Positions 9,287 to 19,446 are shown, counted from the first letter of the stretch. The stretch is DNA of 64,000 bases from an uncultured Anaerotignum sp. (GCA_934277605.1 CAKQVD010000003.1:3503-67502), one strand, 5' to 3'. Notes: generated by a model from the sequence alone, not told the origin. Translations and numbers: made by a program.

Positions 9287-9304
9287 TTATATTGAGGAAA
9301 TGCT

Positions 9305-10690
9305 ATGAAAATCAAAACAGTTTATCAATGTAAAAATTGCGGCTATCAAAGTCCGAAATGGGCAGGAAAATGTCCGAATTGCAGTGAATGGAATACCCTT
9401 GAGGAAACGGAGCAGCTTAAGACAGGCACAAAAGCAATGAAAACAGCCCCGAAGCAGCCGATTTCCCGTCTTTCCGAGGTGGAAACGGGCAATGACCAAC
9501 GCCTGCTGACAGGGATTGCGGAGTTTGATCGTGTGATGGGCGGCGGCATTGTGCGTGATTCCGTTACCATCATTACCTCTCCTCCCGGCGGCGGCAAATC
9601 CACACTGAGCCTGATGGCGGCCTCTGCCTTGGCCAAGCAGGGCTATCGTGTGCTGTATGCCTCCGGCGAGGAAAGCGACAGCCAGATTAAAAATCGTGCC
9701 GACCGTATTTTAGAAAGCATTGCGGAAAATATCTGGATTCTTGCGGACACCTCTATGGATAATGTCTTAGAGGCTATCCGAGAAATTGATCCGGATTTCA
9801 TCATTCTGGACAGTATACAGACATTTTCTTTGGCGGAATTTTTGCCCTCCCGTGCAGGCAACCCGACACAAACGATGGAGTGTGCATCTGCCTTGGTGGC
9901 ACAGGCGAAGAACAAGAAACGCCCCAGAGCAGTGCTGATGATCGGACAGATGAATAAAAGTGATGAAATCGCAGGGCTGCGAGCCTTGGAGCATTTGGTG
10001 GATGCTGTGCTTGTGCTGGAGGGCGAGGGTGCAGATGAGCTGCGCTGCTTGGTGGCAACCAAAAACCGTTTTGGCAGCACAGGCGAAATGGGCTTTTTCA
10101 CTATGACGGAGGCAGGGCTTTCCTCTATTGAAAATCCTTCCGCCTATTTTATGACGAAAAGGGCACAGGGAGATGCTGTTTCGGGCAGTGCGATTGCTGT
10201 TTTGAAGGAAGGCTCCCGTCCTGTGATTGCGGAGGTTGAAAGCTTGGTTTCCTCCTCCTTTACGCCGTATCCCTCCCGAATCAGCGAAACCATGAAGAAG
10301 GATACCATGAATACGCTGATTTCCGTTTTGGAGCAGAGGGGCGGCATTAAGCTGTATGATAAAAATGTTGTCATCAAAACCACCGGTGGCCTGTATTTGA
10401 AGGAGCAGGCGGCAAATCTGGCGGTCTTGATGAGTATTGCTTCTTCCGTTTACAACAAACCCATTCCTTCCGATTGGGCATTTCTTGCGGATGTGGGCCT
10501 GACGGGAGAGCTGAAACGGGTTCCTTCCATGGAAGGTCGTATCAAAGAATTGGACCGTATGGGCTTTCGGAAGGTCTTTATTCCTGCCGGAGCCGTGCGG
10601 GAGCTTCATTTGGAGAATATCTGTGTTGTTGAAGCGAAATTTTTGTCAGAACTTCTAAAGCTTGTCTTTGATAAAAAGGGCAACAGATAA
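9305..10690 (+). CDS. radA: DNA repair protein RadA (Sms)
   Basis: N-terminal zinc ribbon CKNCGY..CPNCSEW, Walker A PPGGGKSTL, KNRFG motif, Lon-like C-terminal domain. Confidence 0.92.
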   Translation: MKIKTVYQCKNCGYQSPKWAGKCPNCSEWNTLEETEQLKTGTKAMKTAPKQPISRLSEVETGNDQRLLTGIAEFDRVMGGGIVRDSVTIITSPPGGGKSTLSLMAASALAKQGYRVLYASGEESDSQIKNRADRILESIAENIWILADTSMDNVLEAIREIDPDFIILDSIQTFSLAEFLPSRAGNPTQTMECASALVAQAKNKKRPRAVLMIGQMNKSDEIAGLRALEHLVDAVLVLEGEGADELRCLVATKNRFGSTGEMGFFTMTEAGLSSIENPSAYFMTKRAQGDAVSGSAIAVLKEGSRPVIAEVESLVSSSFTPYPSRISETMKKDTMNTLISVLEQRGGIKLYDKNVVIKTTGGLYLKEQAANLAVLMSIASSVYNKPIPSDWAFLADVGLTGELKRVPSMEGRIKELDRMGFRKVFIPAGAVRELHLENICVVEAKFLSELLKLVFDKKGNR

Positions 10691-10876
10691 AGAATATGGT
10701 CTTTTGTTCGTCATACAAGGACATAAGTATTTCTTATCGTTGTATGACATAATTTATGGTTTACGAATGGAAATTCCTGTATTATAATAGGGAGAAACTA
10801 TGCTTTGGTAAACTTAGCCAAAATCTCATTGGGATATAAAGCGTTATATACAAAAACCGAGAAGGAGGTATCCCCC

Positions 10877-13800
10877 ATGCAGAACGTAGAAATTAAAAAA
10901 TTTAAAAAGGTTCTGGTTGCAAACCGTGGCGAAATTGCCATTCGTGTGTATCGTGCCTTGAATGAATTGGGTATTCAGACAGTAGGTATTTTCTCGAAGG
11001 AGGATAAATACGCACTGTTCCGCACAAAAACCGATGAGGCTTATATGCTGAATCCCGAAAAAGGCCCTCTGGATGCATATCTGGATATCAAAAACATCAT
11101 CAAAATTGCGAAAGCAAAAGGCGTAGATGCCATTCATCCCGGGTATGGTTTTCTTTCCGAAAACCCCGAATTCGTGCAGGCGTGCGAAAAGGCGGGGATT
11201 GCTTTCATAGGCCCCGATGTAGATGTTATGTATAAAATGGGGGATAAGATTTCCTCCAAAAAAATGGCAATCGAATGTAATGTTCCCATCATTCCCGGTG
11301 TTGACCATGCAGTCAGAAGTTTGGATGAGGTTATGGAGGTTGCACAAAAAGTCGGCTATCCCGTTATGCTGAAGGCCTCTAACGGCGGCGGCGGTCGTGG
11401 TATGCGTATCGTCAATTCCTCCGAGGAAATGCCCAAGGAATTTGAGGAAGCAAGAAATGAAGCCAAGAAGGCATTTGGCGATGACAAGATTTTCGTGGAA
11501 AAATATCTGCGTGACCCGAAGCACATTGAGGTTCAGGTGTTGGGCGATAAATACGGCAATGTGGTACACCTGTTTGACCGTGACTGTTCCGTACAAAGAC
11601 GTCATCAGAAGGTAGTGGAATTTGCGCCTGCCTTCACAGTAAGCCAGCCCGTCAGAGAAAGGATTTTGGCGGATGCGGTGCGCCTGTCCAAGCATGTAGG
11701 CTATAAAAACGCCGGCACACTGGAATTTTTGGTCGATGCCGATGAAAACTACTACTTTATCGAAATGAACCCTCGTATTCAGGTTGAACACACGGTTTCC
11801 GAGGAGGTTACAGGCATTGATATCGTGCAGGCACAGATTTTGGTGGAAGAGGGCTATCCTCTGAGCGCACCCGAAATCGGCATTTCCTCTCAGGAGGATG
11901 TGCATTGCAACGGCTATTCCATTCAGCTTCGTATCACAACGGAGGACCCTGCAAACAGCTTTATGCCCGATACAGGCAAGATTAACGTATATCGTTCTCC
12001 TGCCGGCAACGGTATCCGTCTGGATGGCGGCACAGCCCACACAGGTGCAGAGGTTACACCCTATTACGATAGCCTGCTGGTTAAAATCATTGCACACGAC
12101 AGAACCTTTAAGGGCGTAACCAATAAGGCCATTCGTGCCATTAAGGAAACCCGTATTCGTGGTGTAAAAACAAATATTCCTTTCTTGATTAACGTGCTGC
12201 AGAGCGAGACATGGAACGAAGGGAAATGCACAACCACATTTATCGAAAAAACCCCCGAGCTGTTCCGCTTTGTTCCCGGCAAGGACAGAGCAAGCAAGAT
12301 TGCGGAATTTATCGGTAACCAGATTGTAAATGAATCCAAGGGACAGAAGCCCCAGTTTGATCCCATTGTGGTGCCTTCCTTCGGTAAGACCGATAACGGC
12401 CAGACCATTCAGGTGCCGGGTGCAAGAGATGCATTTTTGAAGATGGGTGCAAAGGAATATACACAGTCCCTTTTGAAAGAAAAACGTCTGCTGGTAACAG
12501 ATACCTCCATGCGTGACGCACATCAGTCCTTGATGGCAACCAGACTGCGTACCAATGACTTGATTGCCGCAGCACCCGCAACCAATATGGCAATGGCAAA
12601 TGCCTTCTCCGTTGAGGCATGGGGCGGTGCAACCTTCGACGTTGCGTATCGTTTCCTGAAGGAATCCCCTTGGGTGCGTTTGCAGAAGCTGAGAGCCGCA
12701 ATGCCCAACACATTGATTCAGATGCTTTTGCGTGCCTCCAATGCAGTTGGCTATGCGAACTATCCCGATAATGTGGTTCAGAAATTCATTGAGGTTTCCG
12801 CAGAGCGTGGTGTAGATGTATTCCGTATTTTCGACTCCTTAAACTGGGTGGAAAATATGAAAATGCCGATCGAGGTTGCACTGAATACAGGCAAAATCGT
12901 AGAAGGCTCCATCTGCTACACAGGCGATATCTTAGATCCCAATGAAACAAAATATACCTTGGATTATTATGTAAGAAAGGCGAAGGAGCTGGAGGCTATG
13001 GGCTGCCACATCTTCGCAATCAAGGATATGGCAGGCCTGCTGAAGCCCTATGCGGCAAAGGAATTGTTCAGCACACTGAAAAAGGAGCTGCATATTCCTC
13101 TGCACCTGCACACACATGATACTACAGGCAACGGCGTCAGCACTGTATTGATGGCATCGGAAGCAGGCGTGGATATTGTTGACTTGGCAATCCAGTCTAT
13201 GTCCTCTCTGACCTCCCAGCCCTCCATGAACGCAGTGGTTGAGGCATTGAGAGGCACAGAAAGAGATACCGGCTTAAATACAGAGCAGTTGATTGAGCTG
13301 AGCCATTATTATCAGGGGATACGTCAGATTTTCACAGGCTTTGAAAGTGAAATGAAAACACCCAATACTGAAATTTATAAATATGAAATTCCCGGCGGTC
13401 AGTATTCCAACCTGCTTGCACAGGTAAAGGCGATGGGCTCCGCCGATCAGTTTGAAGAAATCAAGCACCTCTATAAAGACGCAAATGACCTGTTGGGCAA
13501 CATCGTTAAGGTAACGCCTTCCTCTAAGGTTGTTGGCGATATGGCAATCTTTATGTCCAAAAACGGTCTGACGAAGGAGAATATCTTGACAGAAGGGGCA
13601 GAGGTTTCCTATCCCGATTCCGTTGTGGATTATTTCTTGGGAAATATCGGTCAGCCTGAGGGCGGCTTCCCTGCGGATTTGCAGAAAATCGTGCTGAAGG
13701 GACAGAAGCCCATCGAAGGCAGAGCCGGCGCATTGATGCCCCCTGCGGATTGGGCTGCCATTGAAAAGCACTTGAATGAGGCACACGCTTTGAAGAGAGT

Positions 13801-14341
13801 GAACCCCAGAAACGTGCTTTCCTATGCACTGTATCCGAAGGTATATGATGATTATGTAAATCATGAGGAGGTTTACACAGACGTATCCAAGCTGAGCAGT
13901 GATGTATTCTTCTTTGGTCTGGCAAAGGGCGAAGAAACCTCTATCGAAATCGGCGAAGGTAAGGATATCCTGATTAAATATATTGATATGACCGAGCCGA
14001 ATGCAGAGGGGATTCGTACACTGACTTTTGAAATCAACGGCGTTATGCGTGAAATCAAGGTTCTGGATAAGCACCTTGAGGTTAAGAGCGACGGTAAGCT
14101 GAAGGCAGATAAGAATAATCCCTTCCACCTTGGCTCCTCCATCCCCGGTACCATTTCTAAGATTCTGGTAAAAGAGGGCGAGGAAGTGAAGAAGAATCAG
14201 CCATTGCTGACTGTTGAAGCAATGAAGATGGAAACCTCCATTGTTGCAAATCAGGATGGCGTGATTGATAAGATTTATGTAAAAGAAGCCGAACAGGTTA
14301 ACCAAGGCGACCTTTTGCTTTCCTTCGTACAGGAGGGCTGA
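10877..14341 (+). CDS. pyc: Pyruvate carboxylase
   Basis: Biotin carboxylase N-terminus (KKVLVANRGEIAIRV), carboxyltransferase TIM-barrel region, C-terminal biotinyl domain with EAMKME. ATG 10877 behind GAAGGAGG; the track ORF start at 10805 is an upstream in-frame extension. Confidence 0.93.
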   Translation: MQNVEIKKFKKVLVANRGEIAIRVYRALNELGIQTVGIFSKEDKYALFRTKTDEAYMLNPEKGPLDAYLDIKNIIKIAKAKGVDAIHPGYGFLSENPEFVQACEKAGIAFIGPDVDVMYKMGDKISSKKMAIECNVPIIPGVDHAVRSLDEVMEVAQKVGYPVMLKASNGGGGRGMRIVNSSEEMPKEFEEARNEAKKAFGDDKIFVEKYLRDPKHIEVQVLGDKYGNVVHLFDRDCSVQRRHQKVVEFAPAFTVSQPVRERILADAVRLSKHVGYKNAGTLEFLVDADENYYFIEMNPRIQVEHTVSEEVTGIDIVQAQILVEEGYPLSAPEIGISSQEDVHCNGYSIQLRITTEDPANSFMPDTGKINVYRSPAGNGIRLDGGTAHTGAEVTPYYDSLLVKIIAHDRTFKGVTNKAIRAIKETRIRGVKTNIPFLINVLQSETWNEGKCTTTFIEKTPELFRFVPGKDRASKIAEFIGNQIVNESKGQKPQFDPIVVPSFGKTDNGQTIQVPGARDAFLKMGAKEYTQSLLKEKRLLVTDTSMRDAHQSLMATRLRTNDLIAAAPATNMAMANAFSVEAWGGATFDVAYRFLKESPWVRLQKLRAAMPNTLIQMLLRASNAVGYANYPDNVVQKFIEVSAERGVDVFRIFDSLNWVENMKMPIEVALNTGKIVEGSICYTGDILDPNETKYTLDYYVRKAKELEAMGCHIFAIKDMAGLLKPYAAKELFSTLKKELHIPLHLHTHDTTGNGVSTVLMASEAGVDIVDLAIQSMSSLTSQPSMNAVVEALRGTERDTGLNTEQLIELSHYYQGIRQIFTGFESEMKTPNTEIYKYEIPGGQYSNLLAQVKAMGSADQFEEIKHLYKDANDLLGNIVKVTPSSKVVGDMAIFMSKNGLTKENILTEGAEVSYPDSVVDYFLGNIGQPEGGFPADLQKIVLKGQKPIEGRAGALMPPADWAAIEKHLNEAHALKRVNPRNVLSYALYPKVYDDYVNHEEVYTDVSKLSSDVFFFGLAKGEETSIEIGEGKDILIKYIDMTEPNAEGIRTLTFEINGVMREIKVLDKHLEVKSDGKLKADKNNPFHLGSSIPGTISKILVKEGEEVKKNQPLLTVEAMKMETSIVANQDGVIDKIYVKEAEQVNQGDLLLSFVQEG

Positions 14342-14381
14342 TAGGCTTTTCAACGAAAATAAGGCACACCAAAACGGCATG

Positions 14382-14417
14382 AAAAAAGCCCCCCTACAAA
14401 AAAGAGGGGGGCTTTTT
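14382..14417. terminator. Bidirectional Rho-independent terminator between convergent genes
   Basis: AAAAAAGCCCCCCT / AGGGGGGCTTTTT, 8-bp GC-rich stem flanked by an A-run and a T-run. Confidence 0.85.
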
Positions 14418-14430
14418 GTGTTTTATTTGT

Positions 14431-15015
14431 TTATTTGCCGATGGATTTTCTGTATTCTGCAACCTCTTCATCTGTCAAAGGCTCCAGCTCCTTGGGATCC
14501 ATCCATCTTACCCAAATGCGTCCCTGCAGGGCTGCGATATCCAAAGGGGTATCGAAGTTATCCTTATCAATGGGAATCACTGTATCGTTATCGCCGTTAA
14601 ACATGATTTCAAAGGGCTTAAATTCGCCATCCTCAAATACCAGCATATCGGAAGAATAAACATTCAGTGCGCCTGCCTCACTCAGCAGATGCTTTTCCAA
14701 TGCCTCTAAGCTGGGGAAGGTTACAACCATCCAGTCGCCCTTCATATCGGAATAATCAAAAAGCTGCAAGCCGTGGAAATCAATTTCCTCATTGCCGGTT
14801 GCACCCTTATCGTCATCCGCTTTGCCCTTCATGGCAACGGGAGTACCGTTTTTGCCATCCTTCAAAATTTCAGAGCCGGGGATGAAAGCGTTCACAAATT
14901 TATTGATTTCATTGGTTCTGAACTGAGAACGAATTTGTGCAAGCATACCATAGTCGCTGCTGTCATAGCAGATAGAAGCAACCTCGTTCCAAAATTCACT
15001 TAATGTTTTGACCAT
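14431..15015 (-). CDS. Hypothetical acidic cytoplasmic protein (194 aa)
   Basis: Third in-frame ATG (15015) has GGAGGT 7 nt upstream. Asp/Glu-rich, no TM segment. Follows yunB by about 50 nt on the same strand. Confidence 0.6.
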   Translation of the reverse strand: MVKTLSEFWNEVASICYDSSDYGMLAQIRSQFRTNEINKFVNAFIPGSEILKDGKNGTPVAMKGKADDDKGATGNEEIDFHGLQLFDYSDMKGDWMVVTFPSLEALEKHLLSEAGALNVYSSDMLVFEDGEFKPFEIMFNGDNDTVIPIDKDNFDTPLDIAALQGRIWVRWMDPKELEPLTDEEVAEYRKSIGK

Positions 15016-15067
15016 TTCCATTACCTCCATATCAAAATCCTTATCTCATATCATACTAGCATTGTGT

Positions 15068-15715
15068 TCATTCTGTCAATAGATATTCATTCGGTCTGCT
15101 GATTTGAAAGTAATGATTCGGCACCCTTCCGCTGAACACCAAATCGGCAAGCATGATTTTTCGTGAAAGCGACAGCTCCTCCTGATAAAGCGGATTGACA
15201 ATCCGCAGCTCCATCTTGACAGCAAGCCAGATTTTATAATTGATTTGGTTAATGCCTACAGAGGAAAAAGACGTTTCATAATCCACCTTAACCGCACCCA
15301 TCGGCATGAGTGTGAACGGGATGGCAGGGCCCTGATTGGCAAAAAGCCCGAAATGCGTGACAGCACCCAAGGGTATCCGAATTTCCTCTTTCGGCAGTTG
15401 ATAGAGTCGTTCTGTGATATTTTGGCTCAAAAGGGCGCAGAATTGATTGACTAAGGCTGTGTTGGCGGTATAGCTTTCTCCGTCTGCTCCCTCCTGCACG
15501 AGTGCATTTGCATCTAATTCCATCTCGGAAAGGATGTCTGCTGTTGCTTGGTCAATCATGCGATTTGCCATTGCCTTGCATTGCAGATGTGAAATTTCCT
15601 TTAGGGGCGGCAAAAGGCTTTTTTCTACAAGCACAATGGCTAAGAGGAACAGCAGAAGGAAAAGCAGGAGAAAGAAAGGCGGCTTCCTTTTTCGTTTTCT
15701 TCGTTTTTTTCGCAT
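15068..15715 (-). CDS. yunB: Sporulation protein YunB
   Basis: Lys/Arg-rich N-terminus plus one TM helix, then a YunB-family core (IPLGAVTHFGLFANQGPAIPF..INQINYKIWL..). ATG 15715 behind GGGAGGGAG. Confidence 0.75.
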   Translation of the reverse strand: MRKKRRKRKRKPPFFLLLFLLLFLLAIVLVEKSLLPPLKEISHLQCKAMANRMIDQATADILSEMELDANALVQEGADGESYTANTALVNQFCALLSQNITERLYQLPKEEIRIPLGAVTHFGLFANQGPAIPFTLMPMGAVKVDYETSFSSVGINQINYKIWLAVKMELRIVNPLYQEELSLSRKIMLADLVFSGRVPNHYFQISRPNEYLLTE

Positions 15716-15972
15716 CGTTTTCTCCCTCCCTTGCAATGATATGAAACGGGAGGAAAAAGCATACCCTTTCCCCATTTTCAAGGATTTTATTTGTAGTTAA
15801 AGAAAAATTAAACAAAGGTTTCATAAGAAACAAGAGTGTTTTTGTGAAAATGTCTTTCTTTTGCGGAAAAAATTTGGTATAATCAAGGAGTATAATGTTT
15901 GTAAAATGGCGGTACATGGATAGTATTCCATCCGTTTTGGTCACACATGGAAACAAACAGGAGGCTTGAAAT

Positions 15973-18669
15973 ATGAGTGAATCTCAACACAGAAGGGGAG
16001 AAGGTTACGAGTATCCCAGAGCTGCTTCCGGCGCAAGACACACTTCTCAAAGAAGTGCGGCAGGGGCGGGCGATCATCAAACCAATCATTCTTCTTCCGG
16101 TCACAAACCAACGAAGAAAAACAGAAGGCGCAGAAAAAAACGTGGTTCAAAAAGCAAATTCGGGAAGATTTTATTGATTCTTGCTGTGGTAATCGGTTTT
16201 GCGGTTGCAGGTGCGGTCTTGGGGACACTGTTCGGTATTCTGCAAAGCACGGAAATGCTGAATACCTCTGATGTTTTGCCCGATTCCTACACCTCTGTCA
16301 TCTTTGATGCGGATGGCAATGAGGTGGATAAGCTGCATGGCGAGGAAAACCGAGAATATGTGAAGCTTTCTGCTATCACAACCAATATGCAAAATGCAGT
16401 CATTGCGATTGAGGATCAGCGTTTTTATGAGCATAACGGCATTGATATCCGAGGGATTATGCGTGCGATGGCTGAAAATATTAAAACAATGAGCTTTTCG
16501 CAGGGCGCAAGTACGCTGACACAGCAGGTCATCAAAAATGATGTGCTTGGCGATAATGAAAAGAGCATTACCCGAAAGGTAAAGGAGCAGTATCTTGCGG
16601 TTTCCTTGGAAAATGCACTCAAGAAACAGCTTGGCTCGAAGGAAGAAGCAAAGAAGTATATTCTGGAGCTGTATCTGAACACAATGTCCCTGCATCATGG
16701 TCTGCATGGTGTGGAGGCGGCGTCTCAATATTATTTTGGCAAGCATGCCAATGAGCTGACCTTGGCAGAAGCTGCCAGCTTGGCGGGTATTACGAAGAAC
16801 CCCAGCCTGTATGCACCGGATGTGAATGAGGAAGAAAGCCGCAAGCGTCAGCTGACGGTTTTGCAGAAAATGCTGGATTTGGGCATGATTACGCAGTCGG
16901 AATATGATGAAGCAGAGGCAGAAAATATTTATGCAAATCTGGTTTGCAAGGATACCTCCGAGGGGGAGGGCAATGCAAAGCATAACTGGTTTGTAGAGTC
17001 TGCGGTGCAGCAAATCAAGGCAGACCTGATGGAGCAGAAAAACATGACGGCGGCACAGGCCTCCAATATGATTTACAGCGGTGGTCTGCAAATTCATACA
17101 ACCATGGATGCCTCTATGCAGGAAAGTGCAGAGGCGGCAATGAAGAACGACAGCCTGTTCCCTGCGGGAGACGGCTTGATGGATGTGACATATCTGCTTT
17201 CTGTATTGGATACGGAAAATCCCGATGAAAGCAGCAACCAGACACATTATGAAAAGAAAACCACAGTTACCACACAGGCGGAGGCAGATGCCTTTGTTGC
17301 ATCCGTAAAGGAAGAGCTTTTGGATGAAACACACGTTTTGGTTTTGGATAAGCTGACGGTTTCTAAGTCCTTGCAGGCGGCAATGGTCATTATGGATCAG
17401 CGCAACGGCGAGGTGAAGGCGATTGTCGGCGGACGAGGCGAAAAGCCGGGCGATTCCGTATTTAACCGTGCGACACAGGCATTGCGTCAGCAGGGTTCGA
17501 CCATGAAGCCCTTGGCGGCGTATGCCCCTGCGATTGATACAGGGCTGCTGATGCCTGGCTCCATCATCATTGATGAACCCGTTACCTATGGCGGTTGGTC
17601 TCCGAAGAACTGGGATGGTAAATATATCGGGCCTACCACGGTGCGACAGGGTATTTGGCATTCCATGAACGTGTTGGCAGTTAAGACCTTTATGATGGTG
17701 GGCGCAGATACGGCATATCAATATCTGCTGGACTTCGGCTTTACCACGATTGACGAAAGAGATAAGGCGGCAACAACGGCATTGGGCGGCTTGACACAGG
17801 GCGTTTCCGTTCTGGAGGAGACAGCGGCTTATGCAACCATTGCAAACGGCGGCACCTATTATGAGCCAACATTCTATACAGTGGTTTATGACCATGACGG
17901 CAATGTTTTGTTGAATAATTCCGAGCAGGATACGCACAGGGTTTTGAAGGAAACCACAGCCTTCCTGCTGACAGATATGATGCGTGATGTTATCACGAAG
18001 GGTACCGGTACGCAGGCGGCAATCAGCGGTATGAATGTTGCAGGTAAGACAGGTACCACAAACAATACTATCGACTTGACCTTCTATGGCTACACACCGT
18101 ACTATACCGCAGGTATTTGGATGGGCTATGATAGCCAGAAGGAAATTAAAAATGCAGGGAATGCTCATTTGAAGATTTGGAGAACCGTTATGGGCGAAAT
18201 CCATTCCGAAAAGGGCTTGAAGAACAAGGAATTTGAAAAGCCTGATGGTATTCTGACGCAGACGATTTGCTCTGCTTCTGGCATGAAGCCATCCTCCCTT
18301 TGCAGCAGCGATTATTATGGCTTCGGTTCCACCAGCGACTATATTGCAAAGGATTTCAAGGGTAGCACCGGCGGCACCTGTACCATGCACAAATCCTATA
18401 CGGTTTGCAGTGAAACAGGAAAGTTGGCAGGCCCCGGTTGTCCTACGATGAATGTTGTTCTGGCGGTCAACAGTGACGGCAGCATTAAGGGTAAGCCTTC
18501 CTCTGTTCCGGAGGGCAAGCTGGATATCAACATCAGCGCAACCTGCGATTCTCAGCATACGGGCGGAGAGGATTCCACCGATAACACAGATAACGGCTCA
18601 ACAGAGCAAGGAAATGGGCAAGCTCCCGATGATAATCTTTGGAACAATGATAATTTCGGGATTCAATAA
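15973..18669 (+). CDS. Class A penicillin-binding protein (PBP1A family transglycosylase/transpeptidase)
   Basis: GT51 motifs EDQRFYEHNGID and RKVKE. Transpeptidase motifs STMKP, SMN, KTGTT. Basic cytoplasmic tail plus TM helix, and a Cys-rich C-terminal region. Confidence 0.9.
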   Translation: MSESQHRRGEGYEYPRAASGARHTSQRSAAGAGDHQTNHSSSGHKPTKKNRRRRKKRGSKSKFGKILLILAVVIGFAVAGAVLGTLFGILQSTEMLNTSDVLPDSYTSVIFDADGNEVDKLHGEENREYVKLSAITTNMQNAVIAIEDQRFYEHNGIDIRGIMRAMAENIKTMSFSQGASTLTQQVIKNDVLGDNEKSITRKVKEQYLAVSLENALKKQLGSKEEAKKYILELYLNTMSLHHGLHGVEAASQYYFGKHANELTLAEAASLAGITKNPSLYAPDVNEEESRKRQLTVLQKMLDLGMITQSEYDEAEAENIYANLVCKDTSEGEGNAKHNWFVESAVQQIKADLMEQKNMTAAQASNMIYSGGLQIHTTMDASMQESAEAAMKNDSLFPAGDGLMDVTYLLSVLDTENPDESSNQTHYEKKTTVTTQAEADAFVASVKEELLDETHVLVLDKLTVSKSLQAAMVIMDQRNGEVKAIVGGRGEKPGDSVFNRATQALRQQGSTMKPLAAYAPAIDTGLLMPGSIIIDEPVTYGGWSPKNWDGKYIGPTTVRQGIWHSMNVLAVKTFMMVGADTAYQYLLDFGFTTIDERDKAATTALGGLTQGVSVLEETAAYATIANGGTYYEPTFYTVVYDHDGNVLLNNSEQDTHRVLKETTAFLLTDMMRDVITKGTGTQAAISGMNVAGKTGTTNNTIDLTFYGYTPYYTAGIWMGYDSQKEIKNAGNAHLKIWRTVMGEIHSEKGLKNKEFEKPDGILTQTICSASGMKPSSLCSSDYYGFGSTSDYIAKDFKGSTGGTCTMHKSYTVCSETGKLAGPGCPTMNVVLAVNSDGSIKGKPSSVPEGKLDINISATCDSQHTGGEDSTDNTDNGSTEQGNGQAPDDNLWNNDNFGIQ

Positions 18670-18699
18670 AAAATAAGAATATAATTTAGGAGAAGAAAA

Positions 18700-19440
18700 A
18701 TGAGCGAACAGAATATTTTAGCAACCATTGACGGTGTAAACATCACAGATGCAGATTTGGACGCATATATTGCAAATCTGCCTCAGGAGCAGCAGGTGTA
18801 TGCGGCATATCCGCAGTTTAGAGAACACGCGCTGAAGCAGCTTCTGGCATTCCATCTGTATGCAAAGATGGCTGAGGATGAAAAAATGGATGAAACAGAG
18901 GAATATAAAGCAATGATGGAACGTGCAAGAAAGGATGTGCTTGCACAGCTTGCCATCGACAGCGTTTTGAATGATATCGCAGTGACAGATGAGGAATTGC
19001 AGACCTTCTACAATGAAAACCCTCAGCATTTTGAAAAGGGTGAAACCGTACACGCAAAGCATATTCTGGTGGATTCCGAAGAAAAAGCACAGGAAATCAT
19101 GGATAAAATCACAGCGGGCGATGTGTATTTTGAGGATGCGGCGAAGGAATTTTCCTCTTGCCCCTCCAATGCACAGGGCGGCGATCTTGGCGAATTTGGA
19201 AAAGGCCAGATGGTTCCCGAATTTGACCAAGCAGTGTTTGCGGCTGAGACTGGCAAGGTAATCGGTCCTGTGAAAACACAGTTCGGCTATCACTTGATTA
19301 AGGTTGAGGAGAAAAAGGATGCCTCTGTGATGCCCTTTGCAGATGTGAAGGAACAGATTCATGCAAACCTGCTGCAGCAAAAGCAGAATCGGGTGTATAC
19401 TGAAAAATATAAAGAGTTGCATGACAAATATGTAAAATAA
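18700..19440 (+). CDS. Parvulin-type peptidyl-prolyl cis-trans isomerase (PrsA/PpiC-like) without a recognisable signal peptide
   Basis: SurA_N-like N-terminal half plus rotamase core HAKHILV..GGDLGEFGKGQMVPEFD..GYHLIKV. Confidence 0.8.
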   Translation: MSEQNILATIDGVNITDADLDAYIANLPQEQQVYAAYPQFREHALKQLLAFHLYAKMAEDEKMDETEEYKAMMERARKDVLAQLAIDSVLNDIAVTDEELQTFYNENPQHFEKGETVHAKHILVDSEEKAQEIMDKITAGDVYFEDAAKEFSSCPSNAQGGDLGEFGKGQMVPEFDQAVFAAETGKVIGPVKTQFGYHLIKVEEKKDASVMPFADVKEQIHANLLQQKQNRVYTEKYKELHDKYVK

Positions 19441-19446
19441 AAACAC

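Noticed and set aside
10844-12523. 559-aa minus-strand ORF, plus similar long shadows at 13274-14380, 36915-38279, 38820-40463, 46644-48095, 55857-57056, 3781-5055, 24781-25977 and 31138-32331
   Set aside because: All lie opposite confidently identified genes (pyc, proS, pncA-like/aminopeptidase, pyrB/pyrE, purM, GH13, U32, gap) and have no recognisable domains.
15895-15969. 24-codon upstream ORF (MFVKWRYMDSIPSVLVTHGNKQEA) ending 3 nt before the PBP gene start
   Set aside because: Its AAGGAG lies at or upstream of the predicted transcription start (TATAAT 15878-15883), so it is probably not translated. There is no supporting conservation evidence. It remains a possible leader peptide at best.
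16171-18558. 795-aa ORF on the minus strand
   Set aside because: Antisense shadow of the class A PBP gene. The PBP frame carries all transglycosylase and transpeptidase motifs.
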